Part shown: positions 35,180 to 46,124 of the stretch, piece after piece
Position numbering within the stretch: the first letter of the stretch is position 1
Layout: each line of letters begins with the position of its first letter
Assembly (NCBI GenBank): GCA_964002385.1
Contig: CAXFFS010000001.1
Location: 1-46,124, forward strand
Direction of reading: 5' to 3'
DNA length: 46,124 bases
Source: an uncultured Gammaproteobacteria bacterium
GTDB lineage: Bacteria; Pseudomonadota; Gammaproteobacteria; Magnimaribacterales; Magnimaribacteraceae
The notes under the pieces: model-generated
Told to the model about the DNA's origin: nothing
The model's input: only the letters and a program-made list of their open reading frames with translations
The model's database searches: none
Made by a program: the position numbers and the translations under genes

Positions 35180-35553
35180 TGATCTTGATTAGATATTTTA
35201 GGATCAATTTCTTTGTCTTTAGTCAGCTCAGATTGAAATTTATAAAAAGTCTCACCTGGTTTTATCAAACCTAATTCATATCTAGCCAACCCTTCAATGG
35301 CATTTCTTTCTGATCTTAATTGTTCTTTTTCTTGTTCCAACAAAAGATTGCTTCTCTCTAGTTCTAAAGTTAATTGTTCCTTTTCTTTAAACTCTTCCTT
35401 TAAATCCTGCAGATTTGAATACCCATAGTCCCCAGACCAAATATTAACTTGTATCATTATCAGAAAGACCAACAAAAGTATTACTGAAGGAAAGAAGATA
35501 TAGTCATCCTTATTAAGCTTTTTTAGTTTATAAAGCTTCATTTTTCCCAACAA
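35176..35553 (-). CDS. ftsB: Cell division protein FtsB
   Basis: It has an N-terminal TM helix and then a coiled coil (LQDLKEEFKEKEQLTLELERSNLLLEQEKEQL...AIEGLARYELGLIKPGETFY). It lies between eno and ispD. The start may be the internal ATG at 35541. Confidence 0.85.
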   Translation of the reverse strand: MLGKMKLYKLKKLNKDDYIFFPSVILLLVFLIMIQVNIWSGDYGYSNLQDLKEEFKEKEQLTLELERSNLLLEQEKEQLRSERNAIEGLARYELGLIKPGETFYKFQSELTKDKEIDPKISNQDQ

Positions 35554-36826
35554 AAGGAATTTTAAATTTCTCTTCTAAAATTATTAAGCGATTATATTTT
35601 GAGACTCTATCAGTCCTAGAAGGAGCTCCCGTTTTAATTTGTCCAGCAGCCAAACCGATAGCAAGATCAGCTATAGAAGTATCTTCAGTTTCACCTGAGC
35701 GATGCGAGATAATAGTTTTGTAACCATTTTCTTGAGATAAAGCTACTGCTTCTAAAGTCTCAGAAATCGTTCCTATTTGATTCATTTTAATAAGTACTGA
35801 GTTTGCTACACTTTCTTCTATTCCCCTTTTTATCCTTTCAGGATTAGTAGCAAAGAGGTCATCACCAACTAATTGCACTTCTGAACCCAAAGTTTGTGTT
35901 AAGGACTTCCACCCTTCCCAATCATCTTCATCTAAGCCATCTTCAATTGAATTAATGGGGTATTTTGAGGTTAAAGTTTTGAGATAACTAATCATCTCTC
36001 CAGGATTAAGATGCTTATCTTCTCCTTGTAGAATATATTTATTTTCGTTGAAAAACTCTGAAGAAGCAGGGTCTATACATACAAAAACATCCTTTCCAGC
36101 TTCATAACCAGAAGCTTTTATTGCTTTAAGAATAAGCTCTATTGCTTCCTCAGCTGTTGCTAATTGAGGTGCGAAACCCCCTTCATCACCTACGGAAGTA
36201 ATTAAATTTTCACTTTTAAGCAAATTCTTAAGTTCATAAAAAATTTCTACACCACAACGTAAGGCTGATTTAAAAGTATTAAATCCTAAAGGTTGAATCA
36301 TGAATTCTTGAAAATCAATCTTATTATCAGCATGAACTCCTCCATTCAAAATATTTAACATAGGTGCAGGAAGAATAGGTTCTTTATTTAACTTAGAAAC
36401 TTGTTTATTTATAGAATGTATATATTGATAAAGAGGCATAGACCTAGAAACAGCGGATGCCCTTAAGTTAGCTAGAGAAACAGCTAAAATTGAATTTGCT
36501 CCTAGAGCACTCTTATTATGAGTTCCATCGGCTTTACATAAATTAGTATCTATAAACTTCTGGTCTAAAGGATCTAAACCAATGATTGATTCTTTTAATT
36601 CATTTTTTATAAAATTGATTGCCTTTGAGACTCCTCTTCCGTTGTACCTAGACTTATCTCTGTCTCTAAATTCTAAAGCTTCGTGCTTACCTGTTGAGGC
36701 ACCAGAAGGTACATATGCTATTGAAGAGTTGTTATCTGAGAGTATTACTTCTGCCGCTATAGTAGGGCTTCCTCGGGAATCTAATACTTCAAAAGCTAAA
36801 ATATCTTTGATAGTTAATTTAGCCAC
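35528..36826 (-). CDS. eno: Enolase
   Basis: 432 aa with a GTG start. It has EVLDSRGSPT and SHRSGETEDT. Confidence 0.98.
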   Translation of the reverse strand: MAKLTIKDILAFEVLDSRGSPTIAAEVILSDNNSSIAYVPSGASTGKHEALEFRDRDKSRYNGRGVSKAINFIKNELKESIIGLDPLDQKFIDTNLCKADGTHNKSALGANSILAVSLANLRASAVSRSMPLYQYIHSINKQVSKLNKEPILPAPMLNILNGGVHADNKIDFQEFMIQPLGFNTFKSALRCGVEIFYELKNLLKSENLITSVGDEGGFAPQLATAEEAIELILKAIKASGYEAGKDVFVCIDPASSEFFNENKYILQGEDKHLNPGEMISYLKTLTSKYPINSIEDGLDEDDWEGWKSLTQTLGSEVQLVGDDLFATNPERIKRGIEESVANSVLIKMNQIGTISETLEAVALSQENGYKTIISHRSGETEDTSIADLAIGLAAGQIKTGAPSRTDRVSKYNRLIILEEKFKIPFVGKNEAL

Positions 36827-36828
36827 TT

Positions 36829-37668
36829 TTAACTTATCTCTATTTCAGAAAATGTTTTTACTAACTTATCAATAGCCTTAATCTGGTGCAAGAATTCTTT
36901 TAGATGTTTTAAAGGTAAGGCACAAGGACCATCACATTTAGCTTTATCTGGATCAGGATGTGTTTCTAAGAACAAACCAGCAATACCTATAGATATTGCA
37001 GATTTAGCTAGATCTAGAGCTAACGATCTTCTTCCAGAAGTACTTTCACCTTTCCCCCCAGGTTCCTGTAGAGAATGAGTCACATCAAAAATTACTGGGT
37101 AGTCATATCGCTTTAGCTCAGCCAAACCCAGCATATCAACCACAAGGTTGTTATAGCCAAATGTAGTTCCTCTTTCACATAACAAGATATTCTTGTTATT
37201 AAAATGTTCGAATTTAGTAATAATATTTTTCATCTCAGCCGGTGAAATAAATTGACCCTTCTTAACATTAACAGGCAGTCCAGTTATAGCTGCACTAGAA
37301 ATTAAATCTGTTTGTCGACATAGAAATGCAGGGATCTGTATGACATCCAATATTTCTTTAGCCTTTTCAACTTCTCCCGGAGAGTGGACATCAGACATTA
37401 CAGGCACTTTGTAATCTGATTTAATCTTTCCTAACACCTCTAGACCTTTTTCAATTCCTGGTCCCCTAAAAGATTCAATTGAAGACCTGTTAGCTTTATC
37501 ATAAGAAGCTTTGAAAATAAAAGGGATGTCCAGTTCATCACACACTTTTTTCAATTCTCCTACCACTTCTTTAACTATAGATTCATCCTCTAGAACATTA
37601 AGACCAGATATAAGAACAAGACTTGACTTGTTGCTTAAAGAAATTTCACCTACTTTTACTTTTTTCAC
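36829..37668 (-). CDS. kdsA: 3-deoxy-8-phosphooctulonate (KDO-8-P) synthase
   Basis: 279 aa. It has IPAFLCRQTDL and FDVTHSLQ. Confidence 0.96.
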   Translation of the reverse strand: MKKVKVGEISLSNKSSLVLISGLNVLEDESIVKEVVGELKKVCDELDIPFIFKASYDKANRSSIESFRGPGIEKGLEVLGKIKSDYKVPVMSDVHSPGEVEKAKEILDVIQIPAFLCRQTDLISSAAITGLPVNVKKGQFISPAEMKNIITKFEHFNNKNILLCERGTTFGYNNLVVDMLGLAELKRYDYPVIFDVTHSLQEPGGKGESTSGRRSLALDLAKSAISIGIAGLFLETHPDPDKAKCDGPCALPLKHLKEFLHQIKAIDKLVKTFSEIEIS

Positions 37669-37669
37669 T

Positions 37670-39367
<1,698 letters not shown>

Positions 39368-39432
39368 TTAACAAAAAGTAGGTTGAGTCACAACGTAAAT
39401 AATTATTAGGTATAGATTAAATTATTTGTAGA

Positions 39433-40830
39433 TCAGTTATCTTCATTGTCTTCATAGTACTGAGTAGGATATCTTTCTTCCCTAGCTAGATTCTCGAATT
39501 TAGCTATTGAGTCCCTAAAGGCAAGAGAAGTGGTTCTAGTAGGCCCGTTCCTTTGTTTAGCTATATTAATCTCAGCTTTCCCTTTATTTTCTAAATCATT
39601 CCTATCGTAGTATTCATGTCTATATAAGAAAGCAATCACATCCGCATCTTGTTCTATAGCTCCAGAATCTCTTAAATCAGCCAATATAGGTCTTTTATTA
39701 GGTCTCGATTCAACTGCCCTATTTAACTGTGAGAGCGCAACTATTGGGACATCTAGTTCCTTTGCCAGAGCTTTAAGAGATCGACTTATCTCACTAATTT
39801 CTTGTACCCTATTATCGCTCCTACCGTGTACTTGCATTAGTCCAATATAATCTACTATGATCATGGCTAAATCCTTGTCTTCTCTCTTTACCCTTCTAGC
39901 CCTAGATCTCAATTCTGTAGGACTCAGTGCAGGGGTATCATCAAGAAGAATGTTTTTACTGCTTAATATGGACAAAGCTTTATCTATCCCTTCCCAATCT
40001 TTATCCTGAAGTTGCCCTCTCATTAGTCTTTGTAGATCTATATTTGCTATGCTAGAAATAAACCTTCTTACTACTTGTTCTGCAGACATTTCCATACTAA
40101 AGATCAATACAGTTTGATCTGTTTGTCTTGCTACATTCTCAGCTATGTTAAATGCTAAGGCTGTTTTCCCCATAGACGGTCTTCCAGCAATAATAATTAG
40201 ATCAGATTTTTGAAACCCTAGAGTAATTTCATCTATTTCAGTAAATCCAGTACTCACTCCTACCAGAGAATCTCCTGACTCGTTTGCTTCTTGTATATTG
40301 GAATAAACTGGTCCCAATAGCTCCCTTATTCCCTTTGGACCCGATGATCTTTTAGCATCATCCCTTAAGCTTAAGATGCTTTCTTCAGCATGGTCAATAA
40401 TTTGATCGCTACCAGAAGAATCTGACTCTCTTGCATTCTGGGCTATCTGGTCTACTGTAGTTATTAATCTTCTTAAATTAGATCTTTGCTTAATTATTTC
40501 AGCGTAACTTTCTATATTAGCTACACTAGGTGTCTCTTTGGCAAGCTGAGTTAAATAACCCTTACCCCCTAAGTTAACTAGCCCAGGTAGATCACCATTT
40601 CCTTCAAGAGCTTCTTGTACTGTTATAAGGTCTACAGGTTTACCTAGATCCTGTAGATTTTTGATAGTTTTAAAAATTAATTTATGTTCTTTTTTGTAGA
40701 AGTCTTCTTCTAGAACAACACTTGCCACTAGATCCCATGCATCATTTTTTAACATGATGCCTCCTAATACCGCTCTTTCAGCTTCTACTGAGAAGGGAAG
40801 CTGTTCATTTGAGGAAAGGTTTTGGGGCAT
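39433..40830 (-). CDS. dnaB: Replicative DNA helicase DnaB
   Basis: 465 aa. It has PFSVEAERAVLGG and the Walker A motif GRPSMGKTA. Confidence 0.97.
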   Translation of the reverse strand: MPQNLSSNEQLPFSVEAERAVLGGIMLKNDAWDLVASVVLEEDFYKKEHKLIFKTIKNLQDLGKPVDLITVQEALEGNGDLPGLVNLGGKGYLTQLAKETPSVANIESYAEIIKQRSNLRRLITTVDQIAQNARESDSSGSDQIIDHAEESILSLRDDAKRSSGPKGIRELLGPVYSNIQEANESGDSLVGVSTGFTEIDEITLGFQKSDLIIIAGRPSMGKTALAFNIAENVARQTDQTVLIFSMEMSAEQVVRRFISSIANIDLQRLMRGQLQDKDWEGIDKALSILSSKNILLDDTPALSPTELRSRARRVKREDKDLAMIIVDYIGLMQVHGRSDNRVQEISEISRSLKALAKELDVPIVALSQLNRAVESRPNKRPILADLRDSGAIEQDADVIAFLYRHEYYDRNDLENKGKAEINIAKQRNGPTRTTSLAFRDSIAKFENLAREERYPTQYYEDNEDN

Positions 40831-40907
40831 GTAAATATAATTCTGAGTCTTTTTTATTAGACCCTAATTTTCCCACTGGATTAGATTTAAAACAACAGAA
40901 ACTTACA

Positions 40908-41357
40908 CTATTCTTCGGCTTTAATAGTTATGGAAATTTCTTGAATAACTTCTGGATGAAGTTCCAAATCTATTTTATATTCTCCAAGTTTTTTTAGAGT
41001 TCCTTCTGGTAACCTGATTATTCCTTTCTCAATCTCTATACCTTGTTCACTTAAGGCATCTGAAATCTCTCTAGTTCCAATAGAACCGTATAAAGTGCCT
41101 TCTTCTGAAACCGGAACAGTAATAGAAATATCTAAAGATTCTAATTTGTTAACTAAGTCTAATGCTAACGATTTTCTTTCTAATTCAGCTTTTTCTAAAG
41201 ATGATTTTCTTTGCTCATATTCGGCTTTGTTTTCTTCATTTGCTTTGATTGCTTTACTGAAAGGAATTAAGAAATTCCTAGCGTAGCCTGATTTGACATT
41301 AACTAAATCTCCTGGATCCCCTAATTTAGTTATTTTTTCTAAAAGAATAACTTCCAT
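40908..41357 (-). CDS. rplI: 50S ribosomal protein L9
   Basis: 149 aa. The N-terminus is MEVILLEKI..LG..GDLVNVKSGYARNFLIP. Confidence 0.96.
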   Translation of the reverse strand: MEVILLEKITKLGDPGDLVNVKSGYARNFLIPFSKAIKANEENKAEYEQRKSSLEKAELERKSLALDLVNKLESLDISITVPVSEEGTLYGSIGTREISDALSEQGIEIEKGIIRLPEGTLKKLGEYKIDLELHPEVIQEISITIKAEE

Positions 41358-41359
41358 AG

Positions 41360-41626
41360 TTATTTATAATGAGAGTCGGTATAAGGTAGAAGAGCTAAAT
41401 GCCTAGCTCTTTTTATAGCTGTAGTAAGTTGTCTCTGGTATTTAGCAGAGGTACCAGTTACCCTTGCTGGCATTATTTTTCCGGTTTCCGTAACAAATTC
41501 TTTTAATAAATTAATGTCTTTATAATCAATCTCTTCAATACCTAACGAGGTAAACTTACAAAATCTTCTTCGATTTTCTTGATCTGGACGTCTTTTTTTA
41601 AAATTCTTCTTTTGCTTTCTCGGCAT
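41360..41626 (-). CDS. rpsR: 30S ribosomal protein S18
   Basis: 88 aa. It has RRFCKFT....IDYKD..LLK.F....GKI.P.R.TGT.AKYQR.L..AIKRAR.LALLPY. Confidence 0.96.
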   Translation of the reverse strand: MPRKQKKNFKKRRPDQENRRRFCKFTSLGIEEIDYKDINLLKEFVTETGKIMPARVTGTSAKYQRQLTTAIKRARHLALLPYTDSHYK

Positions 41627-41631
41627 AGCCC

Positions 41632-42084
41632 TTATCCCTCATTGACCTTAACTTCTTCTTCAGGTTTTCCTGTGTTTTCTTTTTCTTCAGGTTTTTCATC
41701 CACTGAATTCAATTTAGGTTTTATAACTTCCTCCTTGTCACCCAGGTTCTCCTTATCTTCTTGCTCAGTTTGAGAAGATAAAGCTGACAATTCTGTTTCA
41801 GCCTTATTCTTAGTTACAATCAAATCTCGAATAATTGAGTCATTGAATTTAAAAGAAGATTTTATTTCATCTAGAGCATCTTTATTACACTCTACATTCA
41901 GTAGAGCATATGAAGCTTTAAATTGATCCTCTATTGGATAAACTAATTTTCTTCTTCCTATATTCTCTAAACGATGAACTGTTCCACCTGATTCTTTAAC
42001 TATAGAAGAGAACTTATTTAAAACTGATTGTGTTTGATCTGATTGATCGGGATGAACCAAAAAAACTATTTCGTAATGTCTCAT
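41632..42084 (-). CDS. rpsF: 30S ribosomal protein S6 (with a long acidic C-terminal tail)
   Basis: 150 aa. The N-terminus is [15 protein letters not shown]. Confidence 0.96.
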   Translation of the reverse strand: MRHYEIVFLVHPDQSDQTQSVLNKFSSIVKESGGTVHRLENIGRRKLVYPIEDQFKASYALLNVECNKDALDEIKSSFKFNDSIIRDLIVTKNKAETELSALSSQTEQEDKENLGDKEEVIKPKLNSVDEKPEEKENTGKPEEEVKVNEG

Positions 42085-42161
42085 TTATACCTCTCGGTTT
42101 TTTAGCTCTCCCCTATAATCAGTAGAGAGCAAGGTATCAAGGATGCGCATTCTATTTGAGC

Positions 42162-43133
42162 TTATTGCTTCAAGCAAGATGTATTTAATATCCTTACTAT
42201 TAAATTATTAAAATCTATTCCTTCAATGGCAGCTGATTTTGGTACCAGACTTTTCTCTGTTAAACCAGGTACTGTGTTGATTTCAATTAACTGGAAGTTG
42301 TTTTCTCTGTCTTTGATTAAATCAACTCTACCCCAGCCCTTGCAACCTAAACAAGAGAAAGCATGGAAAGAAAATTCTTTAACAGTATCTAACTCAACAG
42401 CATTTAAATCTGACTTTAAGTATTCTGTATCATTTCTAATATATTTTGCTTCAAAATCATAAAATGAGTTTTTTGGTTTGATGCTAACAGGTGTCAAAAT
42501 CTCTTCACCAAGAATAGGAACTGTAATTTCCTCTCCTTCAACAAAAGCTTCGACTAAAAGAGTGTCATCATATTTAATGGCTTCTTTCATAGCATCTTCT
42601 AAAGATGTATCGCCTCCTGGATGGACAATAGTTATGCCAAAACTAGAGCCTTCTCTAGCTGGTTTTACTACAAATGATTCTTTTAAAGGACTTATATCAT
42701 CTTCTGCAGACAAAAATGGGGAAGTTTCTAGATCACTGGTTCCAGCATTTTTGATTTCTACAAAATCAGGAGTGGGTAAAGATAACTCTCTCCATATTTT
42801 TTTAGTTTCAGATTTATTCATAGAAATTTCACATGATTTAGAATCACTACCAGTGAATTGAATATTATTTTCTTCTAGAATCCTCTGAATGTACCCATCT
42901 TCGCCCCCTCTTCCATGCAAAGCTATAAAAACTAGATCTAATGAGTTGACGATCCCTTTGATCTCATCTGGTGAAGTAAGGTCTATACCTGTCACACTAA
43001 GACCTAGGGATTTAATAGAATCCGTTACAGCTTTTCCTGTTTTCAAGGAAATCTCCCTTTCAGCTGACCAGCCTCCCATTAACACAGAAATCTCTCTGTC
43101 TATTAAATTGCTTAGATTTTGGTCCTCCACCAT
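42162..43133 (-). CDS. ddl: D-alanine--D-alanine ligase
   Basis: 323 aa. It has ALHGRGGEDG, an ATP-grasp region, and the C-terminal LIEINTVPGLT. Confidence 0.95.
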   Translation of the reverse strand: MVEDQNLSNLIDREISVLMGGWSAEREISLKTGKAVTDSIKSLGLSVTGIDLTSPDEIKGIVNSLDLVFIALHGRGGEDGYIQRILEENNIQFTGSDSKSCEISMNKSETKKIWRELSLPTPDFVEIKNAGTSDLETSPFLSAEDDISPLKESFVVKPAREGSSFGITIVHPGGDTSLEDAMKEAIKYDDTLLVEAFVEGEEITVPILGEEILTPVSIKPKNSFYDFEAKYIRNDTEYLKSDLNAVELDTVKEFSFHAFSCLGCKGWGRVDLIKDRENNFQLIEINTVPGLTEKSLVPKSAAIEGIDFNNLIVRILNTSCLKQ

Positions 43134-44518
43134 TAGCTACTCTCCAGCATTAATTTCTTAGAAATATCAGAGATACTTCCAGCTCCTTGGATTAATAGAA
43201 CTTCTTTTTTCTTAGAAAAAGAGGAATTTATTAATTCTAAAGCTTGCTTAGTAGAGTTAGCTAACAATAAATTTTTAAGACCTTTGTCTTTAAGGCTCTC
43301 AAGTAGTGCTGAGGAGCTTATTCCATCAATAGGTTTTTCTCCTGCTGAATATATTTCCAAAAGAATTAGTCCTTCAACTAGTTGAAGGACTTCTACAAAT
43401 TCTTCATATAAATCCTTGGTTCTGGAAAACCTATGAGGTTGAAATACCATAGTTATTTCTGATCCTGGGAAAGATTCTCTTAAAGTAAGAATAGTATTCC
43501 TAATCTCAGTGGGATGATGTCCATAGTCATCTATTACAACAGTGTCACCTAAGTTTCCTAAAAATTCCATCCTTCTTCGTATTCCAGAAAATTTTTCTAA
43601 AGCTGACTTTATGTTTATTAAGGATACACCTTCTTCTATAGCCAAAACTGAAGCTGCTGTTGCATTTAAAACGTTGTGTTTACCTGGCAAATTTAATTTT
43701 AGGCGAGATACAGAATCCTTATCATAGGATAAAGTAAATTCAGATGTAAAAGATTCAGTCTTGTAATTGCTTATGATGTAATCATTGTGGTCCTCAAAGC
43801 CATAAAGGATTGTCTTTCTTGAAAAGGAGCCTACTAATTTTTTAATGATTGGATCATCTCCACAAGCAACCAGTAGACCGTTAAAAGGTAACTTTTTTAC
43901 AAATTTAATAAAAGCTTCTTCAAGATTATTCATATTATTTTTGTAATTAACTAAATGATCAGCATCTATATTGGTTATTATTTCTAATGAGGGTTGTAAC
44001 ATTAAAAAAGACTTGTCACTTTCATCTGCTTCCGCAAGCATATAATCTCCGGTTCCTAGCTTTGCATTGGAAGAAAAGCTATTGATAATCCCTCCATTAA
44101 TAAAGGTTGGGTCTAACATTGCTTCAGTCATAATTGAAGCTAAGATACTAGTAGTAGTAGTTTTGCCATGAGTTCCAGCAATTGCTACTCCTCTTTTCAT
44201 GTTCATTAAGCTTGATAAAAGTTCAGCCCTTTCAAGAATAGGTAAACCCAACTTACGAGCATGAGTGAGCTCAACATTTGTGCCTTCAATAGCTGTAGAT
44301 TTAATGACCATATCCACATCATCTAGATTAGTTACCTTATGACCGATGCTTAAATTTATTCCTAAGACCTCTAGTCTTTCAGTAACTTCTGATTCCTTAA
44401 TATCTGATCCAGATACTTCATAACCTAAATTAAATAGAACTTCAGCTAAACCGCTCATACCGCTGCCTCCTATACCTATAAAAAAGATTTTATTAGGTGT
44501 CTTCTTGGAGGGATTCAT
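43133..44518 (-). CDS. murC: UDP-N-acetylmuramate--L-alanine ligase
   Basis: 461 aa. It has FIGIGGSGMSGLAEVL and GTHGKTTTTS. Confidence 0.96.
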   Translation of the reverse strand: MNPSKKTPNKIFFIGIGGSGMSGLAEVLFNLGYEVSGSDIKESEVTERLEVLGINLSIGHKVTNLDDVDMVIKSTAIEGTNVELTHARKLGLPILERAELLSSLMNMKRGVAIAGTHGKTTTTSILASIMTEAMLDPTFINGGIINSFSSNAKLGTGDYMLAEADESDKSFLMLQPSLEIITNIDADHLVNYKNNMNNLEEAFIKFVKKLPFNGLLVACGDDPIIKKLVGSFSRKTILYGFEDHNDYIISNYKTESFTSEFTLSYDKDSVSRLKLNLPGKHNVLNATAASVLAIEEGVSLINIKSALEKFSGIRRRMEFLGNLGDTVVIDDYGHHPTEIRNTILTLRESFPGSEITMVFQPHRFSRTKDLYEEFVEVLQLVEGLILLEIYSAGEKPIDGISSSALLESLKDKGLKNLLLANSTKQALELINSSFSKKKEVLLIQGAGSISDISKKLMLESS

Positions 44519-45572
44519 CTATTTTCTTAAAAATTACTTTTGCTGCATCTGGAAGATAGGCAAGTTTAGCTGAATTAGCCATTGAAAGTCTTTCCTCATT
44601 ATCAAATGCAAGCTTTGTAAGCACAAAAGCCAATTCCGAAATATTTTCTTCTTCTGATGTTATGACCTTAGCTGCTCCAAGATCTTCTAAATATTTAGCA
44701 TTTAAAGCTTGATGTGCGTCGGTTGCCCAGGGCAAGGGAAGTAAGATACTAGGTGTGTATGTCGCTATCAATTCAGAAATAGTCATTGCTCCTGCCCTGC
44801 TAATGACTAAATCCGAGTTATTATAAACTTCTCCCATATTTTCAATAAATGATTCAACCTTGTAATTAATCTTTAATTCTTTGTAGAATTCTTCTAACTT
44901 ACTCTTATCTGAAACACCTGTTTGATGAATGATGCTCCAACTCTCCTTTTCTTTAACTTTTTTTAATGCTTCCATCACTAACCCATTAAGTTGTGAAGAT
45001 CCTTGGCTGCCCCCTAGTATCAATAGTTTAAATTCACCATTAAAAGTCTCTTCGTTATTAGTATTAATAAAAGAAGTAATTTCAGCTCTTACTGGATTTC
45101 CTACAAAAATGATTTTTTCGTTGTTCTTGTCAAAAGATTGGGGAAATCCTTCAAAACCGTTCCTCGCAAAATGCACTAATAACTTATTTGCTGAGCCGGC
45201 TACACTATTTTGTTCATGAATAAATAGAGGAATTCTTAAAACTCGTGAAGCAAGTCCTGGTCCTAAACTTGAATAGCCTCCAAAGCAAAATATAAAGTTA
45301 GGTTTAAGTTGCCTAAAGATATAAATAGATTTAATAAAAGAAAGTAAAAAGTGATAGATAGAAACGATTTTTTCTTTATAAGTTTTTTCCCTAAAACCTG
45401 AAGACATGATTGGTTGGAAGAAAAAATCTTCTTTTAGAGAAAGTTCTTGTTCTAAAGAATTTTCTTTTCCCATCCAATGTATCTGCACTCCAGAATTTTT
45501 AAATTGCCTAGCTATTTCCAGAGCTGGGTAAACATGACCTCCTGTACCCCCCGCAACAAATAAAGCTTTCAT
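44493..45572 (-). CDS. murG: Undecaprenyldiphospho-muramoylpentapeptide beta-N-acetylglucosaminyltransferase
   Basis: 359 aa. It has AGGTGGHVYPAL and SRAGAMTISEL. Confidence 0.96.
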   Translation of the reverse strand: MKALFVAGGTGGHVYPALEIARQFKNSGVQIHWMGKENSLEQELSLKEDFFFQPIMSSGFREKTYKEKIVSIYHFLLSFIKSIYIFRQLKPNFIFCFGGYSSLGPGLASRVLRIPLFIHEQNSVAGSANKLLVHFARNGFEGFPQSFDKNNEKIIFVGNPVRAEITSFINTNNEETFNGEFKLLILGGSQGSSQLNGLVMEALKKVKEKESWSIIHQTGVSDKSKLEEFYKELKINYKVESFIENMGEVYNNSDLVISRAGAMTISELIATYTPSILLPLPWATDAHQALNAKYLEDLGAAKVITSEEENISELAFVLTKLAFDNEERLSMANSAKLAYLPDAAKVIFKKIDESLQEDT

Positions 45573-46124
45573 TAGAAACTCACCCTTCTAGAAATACTTA
45601 TTGATGGCATTGCAGATTTCGTTTCCTGATCAACTCGAAGAACCAATGCACAAAGAGAGCACATAATTAATAAATTTGTACCTCCATAGCTTAAAAAGGG
45701 CAAAGTAAGACCTTTAGTAGGCAACAGTCCTGTTGCTACTCCAACGTTAATAAAAGTATGAAGGCCTATTAATATACCAACTCCATATGAAATTAAAAAA
45801 CCAAAATATAGATTTCGTTCAAGGGCTTTTCTTCCGATATAAAAACTCCTGAAAGAAATAAAAAATAGAGTTGCAATAATTATTATCGCAGTAAAAAGAC
45901 CCATCTCCTCAACTATTATAGAAAAAATAAAATCAGTATGTGCATCTGGAAGATATCCCAATTTCATAAGACCTTCTCCTAAGCCAACTCCAAACCATTC
46001 TCCCCTACCTATAGCCATAAGAGATAAAGTTAATTGATAACCTCCACCAAAAGGATCCGTCCAAGGATCCATAAAAGAAATAATCCTTTCCCATCTCCAT
46101 GGGACAAAAACGATTAAGGCCAAG
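45572..46124 (-). CDS. ftsW: Peptidoglycan glycosyltransferase FtsW (SEDS family), C-terminal part (gene runs off the right edge)
   Basis: The C-terminal ~183 aa carry LPDAHTDFIFSII and LLPTKGLTLPFLSYGG. The position upstream of murG matches the dcw cluster. Confidence 0.9.
   Translation of the reverse strand, partial: LALIVFVPWRWERIISFMDPWTDPFGGGYQLTLSLMAIGRGEWFGVGLGEGLMKLGYLPDAHTDFIFSIIVEEMGLFTAIIIIATLFFISFRSFYIGRKALERNLYFGFLISYGVGILIGLHTFINVGVATGLLPTKGLTLPFLSYGGTNLLIMCSLCALVLRVDQETKSAMPSISISRRVSF

Noticed and set aside
41627-41631. I considered the absence of priB between rpsF and rpsR as a possible anomaly.
   Set aside because: The rpsF-priB-rpsR arrangement is restricted to some lineages, such as the enterics. 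Many gammaproteobacteria, for example Pseudomonas, lack priB there, so this is not anomalous.
42105-42130. I considered the GCTCTC...GAGAGC hairpin upstream of rpsF as an S6:S18 autoregulatory leader.
   Set aside because: The stem is short (6 bp) with a 14-nt loop, and it overlaps a plausible -10 element. I cannot match it confidently to the known rpsF leader motif without a covariance-model scan.

Overview
AT-rich (judged by eye, not computed), very gene-dense window with gammaproteobacterial gene order. It reads as a chain of core synteny blocks compressed end to end: iscR | korCAB-like 2-oxoacid oxidoreductase | purC-bamC-dapA | bcp | AI-2E permease | tusA-like | bepA | HIT | tRNA-Lys/crcB | cpoB-pal-tolBARQ-ybgC | yebC-aspS | proS | recA-pncC | fdxA | pcm-surE-ispF-ispD-ftsB-eno-kdsA-pyrG | dnaB-rplI-rpsR-rpsF | ddl-murC-murG-ftsW. 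This suggests a streamlined, probably planktonic or symbiotic gammaproteobacterium, which is inference only. The one clearly accessory segment is a 6.9-kb integrase-less island (13354..20328). It is bounded by a perfect 41-bp direct repeat equal to the 5' half of tRNA-Lys(UUU), the reverse polarity of classical tRNA islands, and it sits between cpoB and the intact tRNA. The island carries a tight 7-gene operon: CDP-alcohol phosphatidyltransferase, SAM methyltransferase, membrane sulfatase/LtaS-like protein, RibD-C-like reductase, GT4 glycosyltransferase, zinc-less MDR dehydrogenase, and a PTPS/QueD-like protein lacking its catalytic residues. I cannot map this operon to a characterised pathway, so it is my best candidate for an undescribed system, probably an envelope or lipid head-group modification. 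Other notable observations: a tyrosine-integrase N-terminal relic fused in frame to the korC-like gene; a small Hjc/VRR-NUC-like PD-(D/E)XK nuclease exactly where ruvC-ruvA-ruvB normally lie; a ProRS with the INS editing domain excised; a cysteine-free FmdB zinc-ribbon homologue; absence of mutS, rpoS, nlpD, truD and recX from their conserved block; and convergent genes that share stop codons. All calls rest on motif recognition and remembered synteny. No database search was run.
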